The position numbers and the translations under genes were made by a program. A DNA stretch of 64,000 bases from NCBI RefSeq assembly GCF_009914755.1, contig NC_060944.1; one strand, written 5' to 3'. Positions 41,089 to 59,493 of the stretch are shown here, piece by piece; position 1 is the stretch's first letter; each line of letters starts with the position of its first letter. The notes beneath the pieces were generated by a model, which saw nothing but the letters and a program-made list of their open reading frames with translations, was not told the DNA's origin and searched no databases. The DNA is from the human T2T-CHM13v2.0 reference genome, Homo sapiens.

Positions 41089-41313
41089 TCACTTCCCTTT
41101 GTCCCTCGGAATGGCTTTGTCAGCTGCTCCTGTGCCCACACCACACCCCATGCAGCATCCACAGCTGTGGACCTGAGGAAAGCTGATGCCCTGTCTTACG
41201 TTGTTCAGCTCCAGGCTTTCTTGAAAAGGGCAGTTGTCAATGTCATCTTCAAATTTCCTACATACGGTTTGGCGCAGTTGCAGATTCATGGAGAACACCA
41301 TCTTACCTCGCCA
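41089..41313 (-). CDS. CST9: Cystatin-9, exon 2 reading through into intron 2
   Basis: caacag|TGG acceptor. [38 protein letters not shown] followed by [36 protein letters not shown]. Total 85+74=159 aa. Confidence 0.92.
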   Translation of the reverse strand, partial: WRGKMVFSMNLQLRQTVCRKFEDDIDNCPFQESLELNNVRQGISFPQVHSCGCCMGCGVGTGAADKAIPRDKGK

Positions 41314-42734
41314 CTGTTGGACAAAAGAAGATTAAAGTGGATGCACCGTCTTCCTGCCCCTAAGTAGCTACTAGTGAAGATGCCATTTGAGTAGGAGAGG
41401 CCCCAACACTTTACTGCATTTGAGAGCTTGCCCATGGGCCTGGCATCAGCTCACTGGAGGTGAAACCCAGGGGATCTTCTCTAGACTGAGGAGTTAAGAG
41501 CAAAAAGCAGGTGGGCATGGTGGGTCTGGGGAGGATGCAGGCTGAGTCAGACCCCACTAACACATTATCCACCTCCACCCACCCCCATTTCCCACGGTGA
41601 GACTCCAGCTTCACTCTCAGTAGGCATCTGATCTTGCAGCTGCATTCCCAGAGGACAGAGCCACATGTCCGGGAGGGTGTTGGATCTCCAAGAGTTTTCA
41701 GGGTAACTTCAGCCCTGGGACAGAGGGAGCCTCATCTACAGTGTGTTGTCAAACCTTCCAAGTGACCTCCAGCAAGAAGAATGACACACAGCGCTCCCAC
41801 TACACACAGGCACACACCCTGGGAAAATGGGTTCAAGAAATACCATCTGCCCTATTGCAAAGTGCATGCTGAAGTTCTCCTTGCCCTCCTTCCCACTCCA
41901 TTCTATTTAATTCCACTCCATAGCCTCCCTCTCACCCATCTATTCTTCCCAGCCCCCAAACTGATGCTGGGATTGCCATATCCAGGAAGCCATGTGGAAA
42001 GCTTTTAGGACTTACTGTCATTTAGGACTTATAGACCATAGTAAGGAGCTTAGATTTTATTCTAACGGTATTAAGAATGGAGGCTTACACTGAGGTCTTG
42101 GAGAATCAAGCAAAGCACTGGGAAAGCAGAAGCATGAGGCCTGGCCAATCTCAATCTCTGAGACTTCCAAGGTTCCAGCATGAATATTAGCAGCCACCAT
42201 TACTGGACCAGATGCCCCTCTGAGGGTTGCATCAGGCTTTTAATTCTCCTGAGAGGAGGCAGCAAATGAGCAAGGAGGAAAATTCCTCTGTACCAGCATT
42301 GGAATCCTGAGGATGGCAGTGAGGAATCCACCCCAGGAGGCAGAGAACCAGCCAGAGCCTTGCACAGAGTCTTTCCAGAGCTTAAGCTCTGTGCGGTACT
42401 AGAGTCCCTCTGCCTTTCTTTCAGGCTCTTGGTGCTGAGAAAGGAAGAGCAATGCTCCTTCTCTCTCTAAACCAGAAGTTCTCCACTAGGAGGGCATTTT
42501 AATTGTTCATGCCTGAAGCCCAGATGAACTGTGCATTCCTGACCACATTTAATGATTTCATCAAAAAGGCAAGCATTTTAGGATAAAGGTCCATTGAGGA
42601 AGAGTGTAAATTGGCCTTCAGTTCATTAAGTGCAGACAGAGCAAGGAGCCCAGAGAAGGTGGAGATCAGAGAACTAACCTTTCACGGTGGCCTCTCAGGG
42701 CTGATGGTGTTCTTTATTGCCCTCGAATTCTCAC

Positions 42735-42825
42735 TGTTCTCTCTCTGTCTGCCTGTCTCTCTCTCTCTCTGTCTCTCTCTCTCTGTCTGTCTGTCTCTCT
42801 CTGTCTCTCTCTCTCTCTCCCTCTG
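42735..42825. repeat. (CT)n/(CTGT)n microsatellite in CST9 intron 1
   Basis: Seen directly. Confidence 0.9.
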
Positions 42826-43188
42826 TGTGTCCTTGCTTTTCCATTTTCATTTTATGACCTGGAAATGTTTATCAGTCTCTTTGGTTATTTTCTCTTCTTG
42901 TCAGCTTCATCTCCTTAGAAGTCCTTATTTTGAAGTCACTCTTCAGTTATACAATGTCTTAAAAATCATGAAGATTGAAAAATATATTTTGCATGTGAAT
43001 AGACATTTACCTAATTTAAAAAAAATTTTAAGTTCAATGTTTTCCAAAACTAAAACTACCGTAATTGGTTGTGGACTACCTGACTATGGACTGCTGATGG
43101 TGAACCAAGTCTCCTAGACTAGACACCTTGGTCCCTCACTTAGGGGCAGATGGAGAAGGACAGGCCAGAAGAGGATGTGGTCACCAAC

Positions 43189-43443
43189 CTTTCTGTCCAT
43201 GCTATCCTCCCTCCATGAACTCAGGACGCGCAACAGCCTGTAGGCATGCTCCTCCTTGCTCTGCACGTTGAAAGTGTTCAAGGCAAACTCCACTGTGGCG
43301 AAGAACATAGGATCCTGGACTATTTTATTATTACCACCCATTTCCTCTTCAGAACACCAGGCATAAGTCACCAGGAGCTGGAAGCCCATGAGAAGCAGTG
43401 ACAGTGCCCAGGGCATAGCCTTCCTCCTCTGCGGACTCGACAT
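43189..43443 (-). CDS. CST9: Cystatin-9, coding exon 1 (85 codons)
   Basis: MSSPQRRKAMPWALSLLLMGFQLLVTYAWC...ATVEFALNTFNVQSKEEHAYRL...SMDRK. Phase-0 donor AAG|GTTGGT. Confidence 0.96.
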
Positions 43444-43523
43444 GATGCAGGCTCCAGCAGCCCTTGCCTTTGCCCTTCAGATCCCTGGCGTCCACTGGAG
43501 CCTTCCAGGGCTCAGGTCTGGCC

Positions 43524-43530
43524 TTTAAAT
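43524..43530 (-). promoter_or_regulatory. TATA-like ATTTAAA upstream of CST9
   Basis: About 80 nt upstream of the ATG in a GC-rich context. Confidence 0.45.
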
Positions 43531-44529
43531 TCACCTGCTGGGGCAGAAACTCCTCCCTCCAGGCCTCACCTCTGCAGTTACACCCTGTCTCTCCCACACA
43601 TGGCCTCCCTTCTTCCAAAGGCGTTTAAATCATCTCCTGTTTAGGGGAGAGGAACAGCACCCAGGCAGGTGGGTTGGAAAAGACTAGCAATGGGAGAGAT
43701 AGTGCCCTGAACATGAGGCCCAGCCCCGGCTGCCCCAGCACCTCCGCAGGCTAAAGGAGACCTCTACTGGGCGCCCCAGAGTCAGAGCCCGGCACAGGAA
43801 CACAAGTGTGAGAGGTATGAGTGGAAGGTGAGCCCTGGACTCAGCAGTGGGGGTGGGCTGGGAGGGGGAGGTTAGGTGGAAAGGCAGAGACAAAAGGATG
43901 GAAAGGGATGACAGTGGACGCTAGTATCATGGGTGAGCAGGTACAGCGCCCCGAGAAAGCACTGGGCCTCTTGAGAGAGAGGCGGGGAGCCCGGGAGGAT
44001 TGGCGGGATGTCCTGCAGGTGTCTGCTCCCCCGAGGGTCTCGGGAGGGGGGCACCAGCCTGGGGGTCGTGGGCAGAGGTTGAGGAAATCAAGAGCAGGAG
44101 CCCCCAACCCTGTTCTCTGCACCTCCCTAAATGCAGCTTCCCAGCCCAGGGACGCGCTGCCAAGTGCTGGTACTAGGGGCCTGGCTAGTTATGGCTGCCC
44201 CTATTCCTCAAAGGTGTTTCCAGGACGGGTGGCCGCTTGCAATTGGAGCAGTGGAGAACCAGAAAGACGAAGATGCCCTCAGGGATGGCTGAAGTGCACC
44301 CATTAGGTTGTCACGGGTTCCCTCCTGTGGCCACAGCCGGCACAGCACTCTGCGGCACAGTTTGTGGGTGGAGATTCTGAGTTCTCGACCAAGACCCACA
44401 TAGCCTCCAACTCCAACCGCAAATGGGGCTCTCAAAAGACTGAATAATGCACTCTTCACAGACCAGACTTAAGCTTTGTCCCTGTGAAATATGCCTTTGA
44501 TGTTTATCCGTAGCTCCTTGTAAACTTCA

Positions 44530-44700
44530 GAAGCAACCAGCATCCCCTGATGTCACGTTAAAAAGCAAGTTCCTAGTTTCCCCACCCAAAGATTCTGACC
44601 CAGTAGCTGTGAGCAGGGCCAGGGAAACTACATTTCTCACCAGCTTCCAGAGGATGGTTGTGTTCCCGGTCTCAGAACCATACTTTGAGTGGTGCAGGTT
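44530..44700 (+). mobile_element. MER5A-like fragment
   Basis: GATTCTGACCCAGTAGCTGTG..CATTTCTCACCAG..CCATACTTTGAG. Confidence 0.5.
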
Positions 44701-47071
44701 CAGAATACTTCCTGGGAAGTGCATACAGACCAAACCACATATGAGAAGTAACTCAGCTTGAGGGGCATGGAGGTCAGGGGATGAGAATGGCTTTTGTGGG
44801 GCACACAGGATGGGGGACAGGCTTAGACAGCATGCCTGGTGATAAAGAATAAGAGTTTGTTTCTAGACCCTGTTTGCAAAGAAAAAGCAACTCAATGTGA
44901 CAATTCCAGGAAAGCAGCCAGATGTGCCAAAAACATCACCCAAGGAGTCTGTATCCTTTCTCTGATGGCGTTGAGTTCACTGGAACTGCAGCTGAAGCGT
45001 AACTAATGTGGTTTCTTAGCTGGAGAGTGATGGTGCACGTAGGGGTAGGAAGGGGGTGTCAGTGAGGGCGGAAATGCCTTTGTGGGTTTTGGGATGAGCA
45101 GGCCATAAGGTGCTGTGAGAACTAGAATCCTGATGCCTGGAATAGGTTGCGAGTGTCCTGAGAGAGGCCTGCAATGCCCATGGAGGTCACTCTCACCTTG
45201 TAAGTTCAGCGGCTGACAAACTTGGGGCATCCTGCCAATTGCCAGTGGCTCCCCCACCATTCTGAGGGCCGATACCCACATGTGCTCCAAGGGAGTGCCC
45301 ACACTCACTCTTACATGAGCAGTGGTTTAGGGTCCTGGGCACCAGCTCTGTCCTCACTGTGCAGCCAAGGAGGGGACAGGGATCCCCACACCCAGATGTG
45401 AGACCACGGGTGTACAGACACCATGGACCCTTACAAGTGTGTCTATTTTCTTGTTGAATCCCCAGTGGCCTGGGATGGCCTCACTTCCCAGGTGGAGAGA
45501 GACGGGAATATCAAGACATAGCCAGGTAAAGAGAAATACATGTGGGCTCCAGGCTGAGGAGCCCCGAAGACGTGGGTCAACATGTTGCCGAGGCCAGAGT
45601 GAAACCGGACGGCCCGGAGGGGCTGGCTGGCCAGCCCACAGGCACAGCTCACAGCTCTCTGCAGGGCTATCCCCAGGTCTCAGGTCTGGGAGGCTTTCTC
45701 TCCTGAGTCCCCTTGCAAGAGTTCTGTCTCACTCAGCTTCTTCCTGGGCACTCGTTGGCCTGTCTGTCTCTGGGGCCACCGGGACTTGTCTGGTGCTCTC
45801 TTTGTGTTGCTGGCACTGGCACCGAACACCCATGTGGTCTCATAGGAAGGTCCCAGTAACTCCTCACTGAAATGGACCTGCTTTTCCAGAAACGAGGCCC
45901 TGTATTTCTGAACGCATTCCTTTGAATGATTAGAGAATGCTGGCAACGACCAGGACCAAGCCACTGGCCCTTTTCTGTGAAGCTGAACATGAGGCGGTGG
46001 ACGAGGGGAAGCCCAGTGACTCTTCGGGACACAGGACGCTCTCCCCAGCTCCCGCAGACCCTCCAGCTGAGTGCTCTCCCCGGGGTCGGACTCATGTCCC
46101 TCACTGCCCGGCCTACTCAGCCACATGCTCTAAAGGTCCCGTGCGACCTTGCTCACTGCCTGTTTCAAGCTGGGCCAGGCTCAGCGGGGCCTGCCAGTTT
46201 CAGGATCGCCTGCTGGGCTTTGGGATCACTTCCTCGGGACCCTCCCCATTCCCCCTGCTTGGCATTTCCCTAGGAGACTCCCCAGACAAGCCAGCATTCC
46301 CAGGGGTTTCCGTGTGCTGGAAAACAAGGTGGTGTCCAGGAGATCAAAGGAAGACAGCAGGGGCAGGGAGAAGCCCGGACTCAGAGCAGAGTGAGTGATC
46401 CAGTGATTGCTGTCATAGCAATCATCAAAGGGGCAGCTCGGGGCAGGGGGGTGAGCGGGGCTGGGTGGGGGTGCTGCCAGGGAATTCCAGAGCCCCCTCC
46501 ACTCCTCCCTCCCCTCCTCCAGGTTTTCCACCTGGGGGGTTCTTCTTAGCTCAGTCTTCAGCTGACTTTGAGTTTTTATAATTTAAGGAATTAATCTCAT
46601 ATAGACTTATGGCAAATTTAAACTGAGAAAGAGGAATAATGATTGAATTAAAAAATGACAAAAGGAGAAATAAAAATACAAACATTACCGGTAAATATAG
46701 AGGCCTAAATCAGGGGTCATTCGTACCACATGCAAATCGGAAGGCCCATGGGCTGTTTCTTCTCCTTCCTGTGGGTCCAGCAGGTCCCTCACCCTGGCTA
46801 AGTCGGGGGTGCTGCCCTGGGCCCAGGAGCTTTGCTCTGAAGAGGAAGTGCTGCCCCAGTCACCCTCAGCAGCCCTCCTGTTTGCTGGCCTTTGCCGAAC
46901 ACACCTGCCTTCGCTCCTCAGTGGGCGTTTCCTCAGCTTCTGCTGTGCTCCCGACGGAAGCCTCTCCCATCCAACGCAGCCCATTGTTTTCTTTCATAAG
47001 TACTTTAGTTTTTAAAAAACTGTAAGTTAATTTAAATTTAAAACAGTACAAAAATGTCATAATACCACTTC

Positions 47072-47170
47072 TTTTTTATTTTTAAAATTTTCTGTAGAGA
47101 TGGAGTCTCACTATGTTGCCCAAGATGTTCTCGAACTCCTGGCCTCAAGTGATCCTCATGCCTCAGCCTA
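47072..47170 (-). mobile_element. Partial Alu/FLAM monomer
   Basis: GTAGAGATGGAGTCTCACTATGTTGCCCA..CTCAAGTGATCC. Confidence 0.8.
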
Positions 47171-47854
47171 CAATTCCACTTTTACTAAGTGAAATGTAGG
47201 TTTCAACATAATAGAAACTCCAAATACCAGTGGCTTAAACAAGCTGGTGTTGCTTTCTCTCTCAGGATGCTGACAATGCTAGAATTCTTTCATAAGCCTC
47301 ACTCCTGCTGGGCACTGCCTTAGGCGCTCATTGACTCCTTTAAGCCTCACATAGTAACAGTTCAGCCAAAAATGGTATATATCATTACGTTTTACGTTTT
47401 TAACATTTTGCATAAATAATGACTGTATGTCTTACCACTTTATGCCTTTACTGAAATCATATTTGTGAGCATCACCTGTGTTGACACTTGTCGCTCTAGC
47501 TCCTTCATTACCACTGTTTTGCTTTATTCACTGGGACCTTGACCTGAATGACTGTAGTTAATTAAGTCCTTCCTGATTTAATTGGGAATGGTGAAATAGG
47601 GTGGAGCTTATAGGGTCAGGTGCTTGTGATGAAAACTAACAGACAGTGGTTTATTAAAGCATTCTCTACTGACTTGATTTTACACTGGGTTGATTCCACT
47701 CATTTCCTCTTAAATTGGGGTGCAACGGGCACCTTTGTCCTGGTTTTCATGTGCACAAGTATGACAGCTTCTCTAGGGTCAGCACCAGAAAGAAAATTGC
47801 AGACATATGAGATCACCTCCTTTCAGTTTTATTAGGGATAGCTGTGCTGATGAT

Positions 47855-47992
47855 TTTCTTTTCTTTATTCTTTTTTGAGACGGAGGTCTCACTATGTTGC
47901 TTAGGCTGGTCTTGAACTCCTGGGCTCAAGTGATCCTCTCTCCTTGGCCTCCCAAAGTACGAGGATTACAGGCATGAGCCACCACGTGCAAC
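47855..47992 (-). mobile_element. FLAM_C-like Alu monomer
   Basis: T-rich tail followed by an antisense left-monomer sequence. Confidence 0.8.
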
Positions 47993-50900
47993 CTGATTTC
48001 TTTCACCATATAGATTTTTCTTAAAAATTGAAGACGGTTTAATGTATCAATGTTTTGTTTAGGGTATGTGCTTTTGTAATTTTCATTTCAACAATCCTTT
48101 CCTATGCTCTTCTATGTTCTGTTTCACCATGTTCTTTCTTTTGCTTTTCACATTTAGGTGTGCGATCCAACTGGAGGCTAAGTGTGTGTGGTGTGAGGTT
48201 GGAATCCCAGGATCGATCGTCTGCCCCACCACCTGCGTGCACAGCTGGCTTTTCCAGCATTGACGATGGAGCAGTTCATTCTCCACCCTCTGATTCCAAC
48301 AGCATTTCTATCGTAGTCCCCTTTCCCCAAAAGGCTGGTTGCCTTTGAGCCTCTTTTCTATTGTACTGGCTGTATGAAGGAGGCACAGGCCTGAGCTAAG
48401 AAGGTCATTGTTTGATCTTGGCCAGGAAAGGAAGAAAAATTCTTGGGCACTTCCCAGACCTAGGCACACTTCCTGGGCCCTACCTGCTAGAATAGATGGG
48501 TCTGCTCCCTGGTTCTAGCCCCTGACTCCCTGCCACACCCTCCCATCATCGGGCTGCTGCTTTGCACTAACATCCTCTCTTTGGGGCATATAGTCTGATT
48601 TTGGATCCCAGCTTTTCGGAAAAGCTTCATGTATTGGCCATGATTATTGATGCTACTGTTATCGTCACAAGCACCTCACCCTGCAAGCTCACCGTGCCCT
48701 TCCTTCATTCTTTGGAAACATGAGATTTGTTCTTGCGGGCAGCTTGTCTTCCTGGGAAGTTGAAATTACCTTTTTGATGCAGACAAGCACTTGTCCTGAA
48801 GAGTAACGGGAGGAACCAGGTGTCTATCACTGAGAGGCGGGAGTGCAGAACTGGAGACAGGATAAGTGGGGCAATCTTGACTGATTGCAAGGAAATAGTA
48901 CTGTTATTGGCTCCATTTGTAGAGGCTGGAGTCTTTAGATGACTTGTATGGTTTATAGACTCCACGGAAGGAGGCAAAGCAGTAGTTGAGGAGGTCTTTG
49001 GAGTTGGGCACATGTGAGTTCAGGTCTCATTTGCACCTTTTACTAGTTGCATTTCCTGGGGGCACATTTCTACTTTATGTGAGCTTCTGTTTCCACAACC
49101 GTGCAATTGGACTCTTGTGATTTCTCCTTCATGGAGCTGTCATGAAGATGAATGGGGAGATGTATGGAAGGCACTGGCAGGAGGCCCAGCAGGACCAGGC
49201 CCTCAGGAGATGGTGTTTGTGCTGCTCATTCTCATCACCAGTTCTGGGGGGAACATCCCTCATGAGCCAGGCTTGTTGATGACAACCTTCTCAGCAGTCA
49301 AGTGGCAGAGGAGATGAGGAGGGACCCAAATGTCCAAGCTCCCACCAGGGGTAGGCAGGCAAAAAGGAGGAGCAGAGGATTCTATGGCTTGTCAGCAATT
49401 ACCAGGTTCTCTGGGACAGTGTAGACAGGGCATGGAAATGGGATTGCATTTTACTGTTTGGCTTTGAGTTTAGACTTTTGGTCCAAGTCAGGTTGGGATC
49501 AGAACTCAAGAGAGTATCTTCTGGATAATTAAATATAATGATTATCTCTTCGAAAGGCTCTGACAACCAAACTCACGTTCCCAAGCTTCATTTTAAAGTG
49601 TTGAGATGCTTGGGCTCACGTCCTTGTGTTCTGCCTTGTAGCTGGGAAACCTGGTGCACCTCAGTATTCCTAAGCCCCCTTTCCTCACCTATGGTTTTGG
49701 ATCAAGTTTAGCTGAGAGATCATATACAGTGACACTGTGTGACCCCTTACAGTATGATTTGACCGTTTGCTGTTAGAAGACCCACTATCCCCCATCCTCA
49801 TTCTGAAGTCAAAACAGCATCCGGGCTCCTCTTCTTCTCTATTGGGAGCAAGTTTTATTTTAAAATAAAATCAGGGATAAGTGCCAAATGTAATCATCAG
49901 CTGAGAACCTCAAAACCTTTTGTTCCAACCACTCTAATTTCTGTCACAATGGCCCCTTGTCACTGTGAGCCTTTCTGTAGAGGGTATTTGGGGCTGTCTT
50001 GCCTCTGACCACTTCATGCACACTGATCACAGTGTTCTCAATACTTTTCATTTTGACACTTTTGGGCAAAGTTTACCTCTACTTCTTTGAAAACATTCTC
50101 TTTAGACTTGGCCAATTTGACAAACGTGTTCTTTCTGCCTTCTTTAGTGGTTGTCCAGGCATGGACAACGGCTGCTTTCTCCTGGAACTGATTCCATTCA
50201 GAGTCCTTTTGGCTTTCTTGCAATAGTTTTCCTTTGATTCAGCCAATTTTCCACTTCTTCAATAAGTGTTATTTAGAGATCAACCTCAAATCTCCAACAC
50301 TGGCACTTATTTTGAAACCTTAAGCAGTAAATCCATGCCAGAGATAATACTTCCTTTTGGGGGACAAAAACCGATTCAGTCTATTTTCCACCTTCTTTAC
50401 TTTTCCAGACACATCAGTGATTCTTGACACGTTAATATCTTCCTTAAGCCTCACCACAATCCATGTGATTTTAGGCTAAGGGATTAGATTTGGGATCTAT
50501 TTCTCCAACATCCATATATAGTGGTTCAAGATAAAAGATAACCTATATCAATATTTAAATCTAAATGCCAAATATTGGAGGTGGGGTTGTACCCGGATAG
50601 GTCGATTGCCATCTTTCACATCAGAGGCCAGACACATATTCTTTGAAATAGGCAAATGCAGTTATTGTTGGGTAGGCCTACGGTCTAGAGAAGTTGTGAG
50701 GTAAGATGCCAGGAGAACTGGAACATAGCAACCTGCTCTTTAGGACTGAAACAGAAGCTCCGAGCAGATGGACACTTGGATTTTTGTCTTAAGCTCATCT
50801 GCAATTTCTATCATGTGCAGACAGTACTTTGATAATAATAAAATAATGTTTTTATTTTTTTTTTAGCTTTTTTTGCATCCTCTTGAATTCAGAGTCTTTC

Positions 50901-52344
50901 AGGCCCAAAAGGGTGATGTGGGTTGGGGGCCAGGGGTAAGAGGATTGGGTGAGGTGAGAGGACTTGCTCCTTAGGGGGTGCTCCACCATGGACACTCAGA
51001 TGAGAAGCAGGTGGGAGGAGAGGAAAGCTCCTAGAAAATCCAGTGGGTCATGTGGGAAGTAATTTGTGGCACTTGTTTTTAGGTTTACCGGATTAAATGG
51101 TCTAAGATAATCATGGGGGATACTTCATCCACTGCCACACATTTCAAGAGCTTAAGGCTAGAGTCTTTGAAGTCAAATTCTAGGCTGCAGAATGTGCCTG
51201 CAGGGCTCCCCAGCCTGTACCCCATCTCTGCGTTCCCCACTCTGTTTCAGGATATTTTTCTACAAGGCTTTCACATTCTCATGAGATTGCAAGATTGCTT
51301 CAGAAAAACTGAATTCACAGCAATGCTTACTCACCCTGGTTTGCATACACACACACACATGCACACACACACACACACCCCAAAAAACAAAACATAAACA
51401 ACAAAGACTCCTTGGAGGAACTTTAGAGCACTAAACTCAGCCCTGGGTCAAGTGGGCTCTGCCCCAGAGCCTTTTGTATTTTACTTTGTCCTTAGAAGGG
51501 TATCAGAGTCCTGGAAGTGTGGCTGGCCTCCATGTTGGCTTGGGTCCTGGAAGAGACAGACAAAGGCTATTTGGCAACAGAGAGACCATAGAGCCCTAGA
51601 GGATTCAAGCTTAAATCCTCCAACTACAGATTATAAATTATTAATACTTCCAGTGGACTTGTTTGTCTTTCCTTGCCAGAACCAACAATTCTCAAATCTG
51701 ACTGCCCATCTAAGCCACTTGGGGAGCTTAATCTATAGATGTTTATATGAATTCTGAAGCCTTACCTCATGGACTCAGTGTCTGCAGTGAGGCCTGGGAA
51801 CCGGATCTTTAACAGCCATGGCACCTTCTGCAGGCTGGCCTTCGGTAACCACTGAGTGGTTGATCCAAAGGTCTTTCTGAGCTCTCCTGGCCCAGGATCC
51901 TCTGATTCAGTGAATGCATCCCTAGCAAAGGCAACACAGAGCAGGGCTTCAGTCACTTACTGCATTCACACCTGCCCATCAGCGCATTCTGCCTGCACCT
52001 TGCCTCTCCCAAGCTCTGGTTGCTTCTGAGAACTGAAAGCGCTTCTCTCACTGGAAGAGCCCAGCACTGGTCCTGGCTCTCACTGGGACTCCTTTGGATC
52101 CTAGATCAGCGGGACCCTGCAGGAAGACAGTGGGGTCTATTGCCTGGGGGGTAAATCTGTGCTGCAAACCCTGATGGTTTCCACTAGAAGGCCCTGCCTG
52201 TTCGAATGTTGGTAATGGGTAATGACCTTGCCCTTCAGGAAATTCTTTCTGGCATAAAATGAGACTTCTGTGCCTGTGACTACTGAAAAGGATGTGACAG
52301 ATGCAAGAAATACTCTGAGGGAAAAAGTAATTTAACCTAATGTA

Positions 52345-52908
52345 AAGGGTTTTTCGGTGGTAAAATGTACATAATAAAAAACTTACCATTTTAACCATTT
52401 TAAAGTTTATACTTCAGTGGCATTAAGTACATTCACATTGTTGAGCCGCCATCACCAGCATCCATCTAGAGCATTTTCATCTTCCCAAACTGAAGCTCTG
52501 TCCCATTAAACAATAAGTACCATTATCCTTACCCCCAGCCCCTGTAAACCACGATTCTACTTTTTGTCACTATAAATTTGACTATTCGAGTTACCTCATA
52601 TGTATGAAATCAGACAGTATTTATTTTTTTGTGACTGGCATATTTCACTTAGCATAATGTCTTCAAGGTCCATTCATGTTGCAGCAAATGTCAGGATTTC
52701 CTTCCTTTATAAGGCTAAATAATATTCTGTTGTATGTGTATAGTACATTCTGTAAATCCACTCATCATCCGTCAATAAACGCTTGAGTTGGTTCCACCTT
52801 TTGGCTATGGACATGGATGTGCAAATATTATGTTTGAGTCCCTGCTTTCGCTTCTTTTGGGTATATATCCAGAAGTAGAATTTGAATCAAACAGTAATTC
52901 TATTTTTA
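52345..52908 (-). mobile_element. Old L1M 3' end, host of the L1PA insertion; continues at 59070-59480
   Basis: L1MB-like 3' UTR that is collinear across the TSD. Confidence 0.75.
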
Positions 52909-59052
<6,144 letters not shown>

Positions 59053-59493
59053 CAGTAATTCTATTTTTAATTCTTTGAGGAACTATTGTAAGTTTTCCAC
59101 AGTAGCTGCACCATTTTACATTCCCACCAGCAGTGAAGAAGAGTACTAATTTTTACACATTCTTAATTACAGCCACCTTCGTGGGTGTAACAGGGTATCT
59201 CACTATGGCCTTGATTTGTGTTTCCCTAATGATGAGTGATGTCGAGTAGCTTTTCATGTGTGTACTGGCCATGCATGCATGTATCTTTGCAGAAATATCG
59301 ATTCAAGCCTATTGCCCATCTTTGGTCATGTTGTTTGCTCTGTTTTTGTTGTCAAGTTGTAGGAGTTCCTTATATATTTTGGATACTAACCACTTGTCAG
59401 ATATGTAATTTTGCAGATATTTTCTCCTTTTCTGTGGGTTGCCTTTTCATTCTGCTGATAGTGCTAGTGCCCTTTTTGATTTTATATTATTAT

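Noticed and set aside
43821-47025. Many overlapping 100-160 aa ORFs
   Set aside because: Expected from stop-poor GC-rich DNA on both strands. No protein motifs or convincing exon structure.
49999-50480. Lys/Glu-rich minus-strand reading suggesting a processed pseudogene
   Set aside because: Not recognised as any protein, has multiple stops, and the distal part is MIR-like.
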